Of a DNA stretch of 64,000 bases, positions 53,796-63,062 are shown in pieces. Source of the stretch: Rubripirellula sp. (GTDB taxonomy: Bacteria > Planctomycetota > Planctomycetia > Pirellulales > Pirellulaceae); assembly GCA_965216875.1 (NCBI GenBank), contig OZ244207.1:7040001-7104000 (forward strand). Direction: 5' to 3'. Numbering within the stretch: position 1 is the first letter of the stretch; each line of letters begins with the position of its first letter. A model generated the notes under the pieces. It was not told the DNA's origin. It ran no database searches and saw nothing but the letters and a program-made list of their open reading frames with translations. Made by a program: the position numbers and the translations under genes.

Positions 53796-56152
53796 TGACT
53801 GTCGTCCTGTTGCTCGTCGTCGAGTTCACGGCCAATCGCCGCGCGAAATTGCGAAATCAGATTCTTGTCTTTTTGTGGCTTGGCTGTGGGCGCGTGCTTC
53901 AGATGAGCCAGTACGACGGTTTGCGCGTCCACTTGGCTGGCGTCCGGTGTGACCGTCATGCCAGGCATCGAACCGTCAATGCGTCCCACCAGCCGCATTG
54001 AGTTGTCGGGCATCGCATCGGCGTTGCAAAGGCGCGTGATCGGACGAATCGTTTGCATCGGAGGTTCATCCAGGATCTGCGGAGCTTCAATGTCTTTGAA
54101 TCGCAACTTGGCTGTTGATCCTGGCGTGAATGCGCCGACCGTGGCAATCCGCAGTTTTCCGTCCGTCTTTTCGACCACAAACGCATCGAACAGTTCGTGG
54201 TTGGATTGGTTGATCAAATCGCCGTTGGCACTGATTTCAATCGAGCCACCGATGTCGATCATTTGCTCGGTGTGGATGACACGCGTTTTGTTTGAATCGA
54301 TCGCCAATCCGGCCAAGATCGGTCCCTCGGCAAACGACGTGCGAAACGTCGGTACGTTTTCGTCACCATCACTGATTGGGAGTGCGACGCCATCAATCGA
54401 ACCGAATTCAACGTCGTAGGTGCTCGACAACGAGTTGTAGATTGCCATCACGCGAGTGAGGTGGCCACGTTGGTAATTCGGTTGCAGTTCAAGCAAGGCG
54501 ATCTCGGTTTGCTTTCTCGCAAATCCGATATCAAGTCGTGCCGCTCGCGCAACCCAGACGGCACCACCGATCGCGATCAAAGGGACTGCCAACCAGGCGT
54601 ATTCAAGACGACCGAGCAGTCGGAACACCAGGTAGTTGATCGGCACCAGAATCAACAAGTAGTAACCGAGCGACCGCACGACCAGCGAAACATCGGGGAT
54701 CTCGATTCCCGATTCACTGCTGAGGATTTCGCGGCAGAGCAAGACCGCGTCGCTGCGCGGGTTCCAGCCGCCGATACCGGCGGCACCTTGAACGGATGAA
54801 AGCGGGTCGAGTCGGCTTGGGCTGGCATGGGTCGATGTTTGCCCGCGAATCTTTGATGGCAAGATGGCATCACGTGCCGCAATGCGAAACTTGGTGTTGA
54901 TGGCGGGGTCGGATCGCATCGCAGGAAAATCGCTGTAACGCTGCGCGATGATCGCGATTTCGGTGGCGTCTTCACTGCGTAGGAACTCGCGGCGCGGCCG
55001 TCCTAGGATCGCGCTGTTGATAAAACTGTCGTACGATTCCCAGCTCGCCATCCAATCACTGGTGATGTCGAACCGCGGCTGCATCACTCGGCCGCGTCCC
55101 ACACGCCGGGTCACAATCAATTGGCCGGTGTCGTCAATCGCGACAAGGTCGTCTGCGGGCGTCCCATCGACGGCGACGCGACTTGCTTGGCTCTTGAGCT
55201 GTGCGATCTGCTTTTCGGTCGACGAGTCCTCTTTGACGGCCCAGCTGTTCAACAATTCCGTAGCGGCATCGCTGTCCAATTCGATATTGCTGCTTGGTGT
55301 CAGTGGCAACAGGTCTGCGAGCGAGGTTTGCACAATCGAATTGCTGGCCGGTGCACCGTTGACGACAAGCAGACCGCCAAAGTGAACCCAATCGGCAAGT
55401 GCCTGTTGCTGGTCCGGAGTCAACGCGTCCGGTGAAAGGTCGTCCCAAAACACCACAGCGGTACTGGTCCAATCAAGCATCGTCTCCGAAAGTGGCAACA
55501 AGTCTTTTGTTGGTGGAAAGACAAGTCGATAGTTGATCGCCGGCCGATTACTGAACTCGAACGACTCGTCCCGAAAGGGTCTTGCCCAATAGGAGGTCTG
55601 GAATCGCGCGAACCGTTCGGGTCGCGACGTCAGGACGACAAAGAAATACTCTTCAGGCAGCATTGCGTTGATCGGTTGCTTACCCGTGTCGTAAAACACT
55701 GCCCGACCAGCCGAAACGAACCGGCTGCTCAAGAAGATGCGGCGCTGATCTTGGTTGCCGACGATTGGCGCCAACAGCCGATAGTCGAATCGCCTTTGTT
55801 GACCTTTCGGCAAGACGATCGGTCGCAGCGATTCGACGTCGCCGCGGACACCTTGTGTTTCGCCCGACTGGAAGTTGGAGCTCGATCCGGAAACCTGGCT
55901 TTGCAATTGGCCGCGCGCGTCGACCTTGTTGCTCTTGAGCGATTGTGATGCGGTCAGCCAGTGACCAGGTTTGACGCCATTGCCCGAAGGGGCCGAGTCA
56001 CCGGGAAAGGGAATCGCTGGACGTGATGAAAAGTCCTCAATCGGCGCATCAGGCTTGTTGGGATCTTCATCTTCAGAATCGCGACGGCATCCCTCGCAAC
56101 CAACCACAAGCGGCAAGCAAAGGAGCGCGAGCAAATAGGGGACGCGCGGCAT
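53792..56152 (-). CDS. large lipoprotein/membrane hypothetical protein co-transcribed with the ABC ATPase
   Basis: Lipobox-like LVVGC; ALADWVHFGGLLVV; two internal TMs; 4-bp overlap with the ATPase start. Confidence 0.75.
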   Translation of the reverse strand: MPRVPYLLALLCLPLVVGCEGCRRDSEDEDPNKPDAPIEDFSSRPAIPFPGDSAPSGNGVKPGHWLTASQSLKSNKVDARGQLQSQVSGSSSNFQSGETQGVRGDVESLRPIVLPKGQQRRFDYRLLAPIVGNQDQRRIFLSSRFVSAGRAVFYDTGKQPINAMLPEEYFFVVLTSRPERFARFQTSYWARPFRDESFEFSNRPAINYRLVFPPTKDLLPLSETMLDWTSTAVVFWDDLSPDALTPDQQQALADWVHFGGLLVVNGAPASNSIVQTSLADLLPLTPSSNIELDSDAATELLNSWAVKEDSSTEKQIAQLKSQASRVAVDGTPADDLVAIDDTGQLIVTRRVGRGRVMQPRFDITSDWMASWESYDSFINSAILGRPRREFLRSEDATEIAIIAQRYSDFPAMRSDPAINTKFRIAARDAILPSKIRGQTSTHASPSRLDPLSSVQGAAGIGGWNPRSDAVLLCREILSSESGIEIPDVSLVVRSLGYYLLILVPINYLVFRLLGRLEYAWLAVPLIAIGGAVWVARAARLDIGFARKQTEIALLELQPNYQRGHLTRVMAIYNSLSSTYDVEFGSIDGVALPISDGDENVPTFRTSFAEGPILAGLAIDSNKTRVIHTEQMIDIGGSIEISANGDLINQSNHELFDAFVVEKTDGKLRIATVGAFTPGSTAKLRFKDIEAPQILDEPPMQTIRPITRLCNADAMPDNSMRLVGRIDGSMPGMTVTPDASQVDAQTVVLAHLKHAPTAKPQKDKNLISQFRAAIGRELDDEQQDDSQ

Positions 56153-56476
56153 TAGCAGGAATGTCGTTGGGGCAAAGGAGCAAACAAAAGAGGCCAATCA
56201 CGATGGATCTAGCATACGGCACCCACGGGGGGCTGTCGACTTTTCGGTCACCGGCATGCCACCAGTCCTAGCTTTCAAGCGTTTTGAAATTTGGGAAACC
56301 GGTGAACCCAAATTCTAAGGGCAAAGCCAAAGGAGGACGTAAAAAGTTGGTCACGTCTGGGACCGAGCAACATTGGGTGTTGCGTGTTTTGCCGACTCGC
56401 AACACCCATATCGCGGCTCAGAAGAAAGAGCTTTTTGGGAGAATGAGAACGTGTGTTTGAGAAGAGGTCGCCGAGT

Positions 56477-56803
56477 CTACCAGCCCATCACCATGTTGGA
56501 TTCAATTGCTTTTCGAGCATGCTCGAGGTCGCTGCCCGTTTCCATTCGATAAAGACGAATCGCGTTGACTTTGTCACCAGCCGATTTGCTCAAGCATTCG
56601 CGAGCAACGGTGCATGGATCCATTTGCGTTGTGGTGAGTCCTAACGCGCCTTTGCTGATCACCCAGGTGTCACGCGGGCGTTTGGTTAACCGGACCACTT
56701 CGTCGTTCGGGTAGGAATCGAGCACCACCTCTCGCGCCGAAGATTCGTCTTCGGCCCAGGTGATGATGATGTGTGAATCGGTTTCAATTTCGTATAGCGG
56801 CAT
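56477..56803 (-). CDS. small hypothetical protein with L7/L12 C-terminal-like motif
   Basis: AAGGAG upstream; KVNAIRLYRMETGSDLEHARKAIES. Confidence 0.8.
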   Translation of the reverse strand: MPLYEIETDSHIIITWAEDESSAREVVLDSYPNDEVVRLTKRPRDTWVISKGALGLTTTQMDPCTVARECLSKSAGDKVNAIRLYRMETGSDLEHARKAIESNMVMGW

Positions 56804-57180
56804 GGCTCGACTCCTTCAATATGAATGGCGATAGAAGGCCGGCAGCTGGGCAGCCGCCAGCCCATCCAGCATACCGGGGTCCCCGATCGATGCAAAGTTT
56901 TTGGCTTGCTAGGGGGGCATATCTTTTCTGTGAGCCGAACACGCTCGCTTGGCTCACGAGAGTTCCAGTAATCACCCTCCCGCTTGTGGGAGGGTCGGAC
57001 GCAAAGTCCGGGGAGGGAATGAGCGGTAAAAGACAGACCCTCTCCGTGCCATCGAGCCAGGGTCAGAGAGTTCGGTTCTGCCCGGGGCTGCGGACTTCAG
57101 CAATGGCCGCACGTCTAGAAAAAGGCTGAGGGAGCACCGGCAGCGCCGATAGAGGCTCGGTTGCACCTGGTTGCCCAGTC

Positions 57181-57255
57181 CAAAGGGCTCAAGCGCAAAT
57201 GGATCCAATACAAAGGGATCCGGTGCAAATGGATCCAGTACAAATGGATCGGGCG
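57181..57255 (+). repeat. 5 x 15-bp degenerate tandem repeat
   Basis: CAAAGGGCTCAAGCG / CAAATGGATCCAATA / CAAAGGGATCCGGTG / CAAATGGATCCAGTA / CAAATGGATCGGGCG. Confidence 0.8.
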
Positions 57256-57275
57256 GAAATCAATTCCGGGGGAGG

Positions 57276-57446
57276 TTATCGATTCAGCGCCGTGCCTTTG
57301 AGGCACAGGAAGCCGAAAGCGACCGCACAGGCCGAGACAACACCCCACTGGGTTGTGTCCATCGAATTGAAATAGCGGACCAGCTCTCCCCAGGCGGAGA
57401 AAAACCAGTCGGTAACCGAGAACCGTGCAAGGAGTTCGAATTGCAT
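57276..57446 (-). CDS. small (56 aa) single-TM protein
   Basis: MQFELLARF...MDTTQWGVVSACAVAFGFLCLKG. Confidence 0.55.
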   Translation of the reverse strand: MQFELLARFSVTDWFFSAWGELVRYFNSMDTTQWGVVSACAVAFGFLCLKGTALNR

Positions 57447-57685
57447 GACGAACCTGTCTAAGGAATGAGTGTCATTCTTCAAGTGGACGGCGAAAATCGG
57501 CGCAGACACGCGCAGGATCTCCCGTCTGGCAAAGGTAGGTCGCAGTGGGGCGCCGTCATGCTTTTGACAGCGTTGTGGCGAAAAAGACCAACCGGAACGA
57601 ATTGTGAAGGCGGCACAGCCGTTACGACCGAATCGAACGGTCGTGAAAAAGTGCCGATTGCCGATCAATAAGGCTCAGGGCGGCC

Positions 57686-57713
57686 TTGCGGGCAAACCGA
57701 CTGTAGATATAAT
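57686..57713 (+). promoter_or_regulatory. sigma70-like promoter of tRNA-Asp
   Basis: TTGCGG-N16-TATAAT, 22 nt upstream of the tRNA. Confidence 0.6.
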
Positions 57714-57735
57714 TCGCCCTCTCACATAGCCAAAA

Positions 57736-57809
57736 GGCGCGGTAGCTCAATTGGTTAGAGCCCCGGACTGTCGATCCGGAGGTTGCGGGTTCGAGTCCCG
57801 TCCGCGTCG
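57736..57809 (+). tRNA. tRNA-Asp(GTC), CCA not encoded
   Basis: Acceptor GGCGCGG/CCGCGTC, D-arm GCTC-AATTGGTTA-GAGC, anticodon arm CCGGA-CTGTCGA-TCCGG, T-arm GCGGG-TTCGAGT-CCCGT. Confidence 0.97.
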
Positions 57810-57815
57810 CTTTCG

Positions 57816-57852
57816 AAAAACCTCGTTGCATTCATTTGCGACGAGGTTTTTT
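57816..57852 (+). terminator. intrinsic terminator after tRNA-Asp
   Basis: AAAAACCTCGTTGCA-TTCATT-TGCGACGAGGTTTTTT. Confidence 0.85.
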
Positions 57853-58044
57853 CGTTGTCTCGCACACACTTTTCTTGCGACGGACCTGAACAAGACCATC
57901 CGGGCCGCCAGGAATCGGCCGTTCCGCGCGCGGGCTGCAGGCCGTGCCCCTGGGGTTTCAACGCGGTGTCCCTCGTGATTCGACGCAGGGGCATCGTGAG
58001 TCAACGCAGGGGGAGCGGACCATCAATTCGGCGGACAGATTGCA

Positions 58045-58281
58045 GTGGCCAAAAGCAGCCTATTGACGACCGTCGGAATCGTATTGGTCCTGCTTTCGGG
58101 GGTCTGTTTTTTCACGCTCCTGGCCGTTCCCTTCTTTTCGTTGTCGGCTGCCAAAAAGGGAATGCTTGGCGGGGCACTCTTCGTCGGTGTCCAAACCTTT
58201 TGGTGGGTTGGCGTCGCGCTGATGGGGCCGGCTGCCGCCAAGAGGGTTCGTGCGTTCTTTCGCCGCACAACGGATGAGTGA
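58045..58281 (+). CDS. small two-TM protein (resembles 'transporter suffix domain' proteins)
   Basis: GIVLVLLS...PFFSLS...FWWVGVALMG pattern. Confidence 0.65.
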   Translation: MAKSSLLTTVGIVLVLLSGVCFFTLLAVPFFSLSAAKKGMLGGALFVGVQTFWWVGVALMGPAAAKRVRAFFRRTTDE

Positions 58282-58385
58282 GCCGAACGCGCTAGCGTCG
58301 GGCCTTACACTCTCTTCCCCAAATCGCTGGGCCGAATCTCGCTGGGCCCAATCTCGCTGGGCCCGACGCTAACGCGTGCGGCTCA
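58278..58385. repeat. family A inverted doublet with internal 15-bp tandem repeats
   Basis: A at 58278-58312; AATCTCGCTGGGCCC x2 plus a partial unit at 58321-58364; inverted A at 58359-58385. Confidence 0.8.
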
Positions 58386-58404
58386 GGTGTTCGGATCGCA
58401 AAGG

Positions 58405-58953
58405 CTATTTGTTTGTGTGCCGAACCGGCATCGAAATCACCAATCCAGCCGTGCGGTCTCGGGTACTGTTGCGATTCTTGACGTGGCACTTGAGGCATTG
58501 TGATTTCAAGCGGATTGCACCGGCGAAACGATAACGGTCCCCGCTGATTTGCTCGTGAAACGTTTTGCCTGCCGCGAGCTGGTCGACCGCTTCGTTTTCA
58601 AAATCGTCCTCCGGCAAATGGTCGGCATTGAGCACATCCGTCTTGACGTTGAGCCACTTGATGTCGACTCGAAAGGATCTCGCCATTTCATGGAACACGT
58701 CTTCGAGGGAGGCCGAGGGGATCTCACGCGTTTTCTCGTCGTCAAAGAAGTCTCGGTGCACCACCTGAAGCGTCCCGTGAATCATCTCGTGCAACATCTG
58801 GGCGCGGCCGCGCGCTTCAGCAGCCGACGCGGGAGCTCGGAATGGTTTCTGCGCGAGTGACGGATCACTCGGCGATTCGCCACTGGAGAATGAGCACGTT
58901 GTGGCCATGACGACGGAAACCATGACGAACAACAACAAGGTTAGACGTTGCAT
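58405..58953 (-). CDS. DUF3365 (Tll0287-like) c-type heme-binding protein
   Basis: Signal peptide; HLPEDDFENEA, YRFAGAIRL..QCLKCH, AGLVISMP. Confidence 0.8.
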   Translation of the reverse strand: MQRLTLLLFVMVSVVMATTCSFSSGESPSDPSLAQKPFRAPASAAEARGRAQMLHEMIHGTLQVVHRDFFDDEKTREIPSASLEDVFHEMARSFRVDIKWLNVKTDVLNADHLPEDDFENEAVDQLAAGKTFHEQISGDRYRFAGAIRLKSQCLKCHVKNRNSTRDRTAGLVISMPVRHTNK

Positions 58954-59072
58954 GGAGAAGCTCTCGCACCAAGATCGCGACTTGTGGTTACGTGACGTTC
59001 ACCATGATAGGCCCGAGGCGGCTTGATCTCGATCGATAGTCCGAGCGACCGATCGTCGCAGCACACTTGCGG

Positions 59073-60515
59073 CTAGGCAAGGATTTCGTTGATCACCTTG
59101 CCCGCCACATCGGTCAGGCGATAGCTGCGACCGTTGTGGAAATAGGTGAGTCGCTCGTGGTCGATGCCGAGAAGGTGCAGCATGGTCGCGTGCAAGTCGT
59201 TGACGCTGACCGGGTTTTCAACCGCCTCATAACCGATCTCGTCAGTAGCGCCGTAGCTAACGCCCCCTTTGATTCCCGCACCGGCCATCCATTGCATGAA
59301 GCCCTTGGGGTTGTGATCACGGCCTTTGCCGTTTTGCGAGATCGGCATTCGGCCAAATTCGCCGCCCCATATCACGAGCGTCGAATCGAGCAAACCGCGG
59401 GCTTCGAGATCCGAGAGCAGGCCGGCAACAGGAACGTCGGTCGCCGCGCAGTGATGCGTATGGTTTTCTTCAAGATTGTCGTGGGCGTCCCATTCGCCGT
59501 CGCTATAAACCTGGACGAAACGGACGCCACTTTCGACGAGTCGCCGCGCCATCAAGCACTTGGATCCGAACGATTTTGATCGCGGTTGATCGATCCCGTA
59601 CAGCTTGTGGGTTTCTTTTGATTCGCGCGCTAGGTCGACGACTTCGGTGGCCTCTTTCTGCATGCGAAACGCGAGCTCGAACGATTGCATTCGGTTTGCG
59701 AACTCGGCATCGTCACGATGGCGCTGCATGTGTTGGTCATTCAGCTCGGCCATGAGGTCAAGTTGCGCTCGCTGGTCTTGTTTGGTGATCGTCGGTTGTC
59801 GGTTGAGATTCAGAACCGGTGTACCTTGCGATCGAAACAGCGTTCCCTGGAACGTCGACGGCAAAAAGCCAGCACCCCAGTTGTGCGGCCCACCCTTGGC
59901 ACCGTGTGTGTTCCCCATCACCACGTAGCCGGGCAAGTTCTGGTTCTCGCTGCCAAGCCCATAAGTCACCCACGCGCCTGCGGTCGGGAAACCGGGACGC
60001 GGTAGCCCACTGTTGATCTGGTAGATCGCGGGGACATGGTCATTCGATTCGCTGTAACACGATTTGATCATCGCCATCTTGTCGACGTGTTTGGCGACGT
60101 TGGTGTATTTGTCGCAAACCCACTGCCCGCATTCGCCGTACTGTTTGAACGAATACGGCGACTTCATCAACGGACCGGGATTGCCAAAGAAGGCTTGAAT
60201 GTCAGTCGATTGCCCATCACGTTTGTCGAGCGCAGGCTTGGGATCAAACATGTCGACGGCACTCGGCGCACCTTCCATGAAGAGCCAAATGATCGACTTT
60301 GCTTTGGCGGCAAAGTGACCCGGGCGTGGGCTTAGCGACGTGACAGGCTGGGATGTCGAATCCGTTTGCGGTGCTGCGAGCAAACCTTGGTCGGAAAGGA
60401 GCCCCGCGAGACCAATCATTCCTGCGCCACCGCCCGCGCGTCCGAGCCACTGGCGGCGACTAAGCAAATTGGCGACACGGCCACAAGGAAATGGGGAAGC
60501 GTTCTTTTTGGACAT
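59073..60515 (-). CDS. DUF1501-type protein (Tat signal)
   Basis: SRRQWL; AKSIIWLFMEGAPSAVDMFD, CLMARRL, WDAH, GEFGRMP, GRDHNP. Confidence 0.9.
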   Translation of the reverse strand: MSKKNASPFPCGRVANLLSRRQWLGRAGGGAGMIGLAGLLSDQGLLAAPQTDSTSQPVTSLSPRPGHFAAKAKSIIWLFMEGAPSAVDMFDPKPALDKRDGQSTDIQAFFGNPGPLMKSPYSFKQYGECGQWVCDKYTNVAKHVDKMAMIKSCYSESNDHVPAIYQINSGLPRPGFPTAGAWVTYGLGSENQNLPGYVVMGNTHGAKGGPHNWGAGFLPSTFQGTLFRSQGTPVLNLNRQPTITKQDQRAQLDLMAELNDQHMQRHRDDAEFANRMQSFELAFRMQKEATEVVDLARESKETHKLYGIDQPRSKSFGSKCLMARRLVESGVRFVQVYSDGEWDAHDNLEENHTHHCAATDVPVAGLLSDLEARGLLDSTLVIWGGEFGRMPISQNGKGRDHNPKGFMQWMAGAGIKGGVSYGATDEIGYEAVENPVSVNDLHATMLHLLGIDHERLTYFHNGRSYRLTDVAGKVINEILA

Positions 60516-60529
60516 GGTGGAAAAATCAC

Positions 60530-62887
60530 TCAGTCAACGTAGATGAATTCGTTGAGCCCGAAGAGGGACTGACAATAGTCGGCGAGCGCTTCGAGGCGCG
60601 GATCCGTTTCGTTTCGCTTGGTTCGTGCATTGGTCTGGGCATCAATAAATGCAACCGACGTCGCAATTTCTTGGTCGCTTGGCAGCCGTGCGAACGATGT
60701 TTCGAATGCGTCGCTGATGAAAGCGCGAAGGGGATCATCCGTTGCGGCTGAATCGTCGTCGTTTCGCTTTTCGAGTAGGGTCGCAAAATCACGTGCGACC
60801 GTGCGAACGAAGCGATCGTTCAAAATGACCATCGCCTGGGGAGCAACCGTGGTGTTCTGGCGGCGAGCACAACTGGTCATCAGGTCGGGGCGATCAAACG
60901 CCTGGAACATTGGGTACGGAATCAGCCGCTTGTGGAACATGTAAACGCTGCGTCGCCGCGTCGATGCATCGTCTTTAGCATCTTGAGGGTAACCTTCCCC
61001 TTTGATGTTCCTGGCAAGGTTGGCCTCTGGGGCGATGAAAGGTTTGAATCCTGGTCCGCCCGCTTGAAGGTTAAGTGTTTCGCTGACAGCCAACATGGCG
61101 TCGCGCATCGCCTCGACTTCCAATCGCTGGGGTGCCATTCGCCACAACAAAGCGTTTGACGGATCGACTTCCGCGCCACGTTCGTCCGACGCTTCGCGCG
61201 TGCTTGCTTGTTGCCAAACGGCGCTGTCTAGGATCTTGCGGTGCAATGCTTTCAGGTCCCAACCGCTGGCGACAAAGTCGTGCGTCAAGTACTCGAGCAG
61301 CATGGGGTGTGAGGGCGTGTCGCCGCGTACACCAAAGTCGCTTGTCGTTTCGACAAGGCCTTTGCCGAAGTGGTGGTGCCAAACGCGGTTGACCATGACG
61401 CGAGCCAGCAGCGCGCCGCCACCCTGCTGTGTGTCGGTGATCCAGTCGGCAAATGCGCGGCGTTGGAGTGTGCTTTTGGGGTCTCCGATTTCTCCAAAAG
61501 CCGTCTTTGCGTTTTGCCAATAATCCTTGGCTGTTGCCGTTGACGACAGCAACGCCGGAAATCCGATGTCGACCTCGATTTCGCGGTCGTAAAAATCGCT
61601 GCGGCGAAAGTGCCAAGTGGTGCGCCGCTTGTCGTCAAAGTCTTGGAAAAAGAACGCTTCTTTGCCGCTGGGTAGCTTTGCCGTGACACGGTCGCCCGAG
61701 TGGAAGACGCCAAGCAACTGGTAGTACTCTTTCGACGAGAAGGCATCGTACTTGTGGTCGTGACATCGAGCGCAGGCGACGGTGATGCCAAGCAGTCCCG
61801 ATCCAAGCGTCGAGATCACATCGTCCAATTCGTTGTAGCGATTCATCAAGCGTTCGCTTTCAAGGAACGAATCGGGCAACTTGAACGAGGGGCCGGCGGT
61901 CAAGAATCCGGTAGCAGACACGGCCGCGTCGTTGCTTGGTTGATATTCGTCGCCCGCGATTTGCCAACGAACAAATTGATCGTAAGGCATGTTGTCGTTG
62001 AGTGCCCCGATCACAAAATCGCGATAGGTGTAGGCGTGCGGACGATCCATGTCCGATTCTTGTCCGTCGCTGTCGGCATATCGGGCCAGGTCAAGCCAAT
62101 GCCGACCCCAACGTTCGCCGTACCGTGGCGAGTCGAGCAACTCGTCGACCAGGTTCTTGATTGCAGCTTCACGATCCATGACATGCGCCGCGATGAATCG
62201 GTTGATCTGCTCGGGGGTCGGCGGGAGTCCGGTCAAATCGAAGTAGAGTCGACGAACGATCGTGCGGGCGCTGGCGGTCTTTGAAGGCTTCAAGCCGGCT
62301 CGCTGAAGTCGGCGAAGCACGAATTGGTCGATTGCCCCTTTCGACCAATTGTCGTGTGACTGGCGAACGGGAGCATCGACATTCTCTAAACGCTGAAACG
62401 CCCAATGTGATTTAGCTTGATCCAGTTTTGGATCAACGATGTCGGCGTCTGCTGGCCATGTCGCCCCTTGGTCGATCCAATCGCGGATCGCGCCGATCTG
62501 TTGTTTGGTAAGTGGTTCGTTTCCCTCGGGCGGCATCAACCGATCGTTGTCTTCCCCTGAGATCAATTGAACCAGCAAACTCTCGCCACTGTTGCCTGGA
62601 AGGATCGCCGATTCACTGTCGCCGCCACGCATCGCTTTGGTTTTTACACCAAGGTTGAGTCCACCTTCTTCGGTAGTTCCCGCATGACACTCGAAACAGT
62701 GTTCACGCAGGATCGGTTGGATGTCACTGACGAAGTCGACCGAGTTCGCATCTCTTGGTTGCCGTCGATCGGTCGCGGCTTTGTGACCATCCTGCTGTGC
62801 GTTCACTGTGCCGTTGGAAACCGATACTAAGATCGCCAACAGCGCGGCCCGTAATCGAAGCGGCAAGGAAAGAGGAAGGGCATTCAT
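60530..62887 (-). CDS. planctomycete cytochrome c / DUF1549 / DUF1553 (PSD1) protein
   Basis: CFECH, WGRHWLDLARYADS, CARCHDHKYD, ARVMVNRVW, RRSVY; ATG at 62887 inferred. Confidence 0.9.
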   Translation of the reverse strand: MNALPLSLPLRLRAALLAILVSVSNGTVNAQQDGHKAATDRRQPRDANSVDFVSDIQPILREHCFECHAGTTEEGGLNLGVKTKAMRGGDSESAILPGNSGESLLVQLISGEDNDRLMPPEGNEPLTKQQIGAIRDWIDQGATWPADADIVDPKLDQAKSHWAFQRLENVDAPVRQSHDNWSKGAIDQFVLRRLQRAGLKPSKTASARTIVRRLYFDLTGLPPTPEQINRFIAAHVMDREAAIKNLVDELLDSPRYGERWGRHWLDLARYADSDGQESDMDRPHAYTYRDFVIGALNDNMPYDQFVRWQIAGDEYQPSNDAAVSATGFLTAGPSFKLPDSFLESERLMNRYNELDDVISTLGSGLLGITVACARCHDHKYDAFSSKEYYQLLGVFHSGDRVTAKLPSGKEAFFFQDFDDKRRTTWHFRRSDFYDREIEVDIGFPALLSSTATAKDYWQNAKTAFGEIGDPKSTLQRRAFADWITDTQQGGGALLARVMVNRVWHHHFGKGLVETTSDFGVRGDTPSHPMLLEYLTHDFVASGWDLKALHRKILDSAVWQQASTREASDERGAEVDPSNALLWRMAPQRLEVEAMRDAMLAVSETLNLQAGGPGFKPFIAPEANLARNIKGEGYPQDAKDDASTRRRSVYMFHKRLIPYPMFQAFDRPDLMTSCARRQNTTVAPQAMVILNDRFVRTVARDFATLLEKRNDDDSAATDDPLRAFISDAFETSFARLPSDQEIATSVAFIDAQTNARTKRNETDPRLEALADYCQSLFGLNEFIYVD

Positions 62888-63062
62888 GCCATTTCGATCC
62901 GGTGAGTGAAGAAGTAGATGGGAAAGGCTGGTGTCGATCACGGGGGGGGAGCAAAGATCGGCTTGAGATGTCGCCGAACCGATGCATCCTACAGCGTACG
63001 TAAACGACAGCCGACAACAATTCGCCGATGCGCAAATCGGTTTCGATTTTTGCTCGCCATCA

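Noticed and set aside
56971..57016. CCCTCCC...GGGAGGG palindrome (partial match at 29421-29446) as a MITE
   Set aside because: Only degenerate partial copies, with no definable ends or target duplication. Probably another minor repeat family.
57171..57461. 96-aa ORF containing GS-rich pentapeptide repeats
   Set aside because: TTG start without SD, and it overlaps a more plausible small membrane gene on the opposite strand
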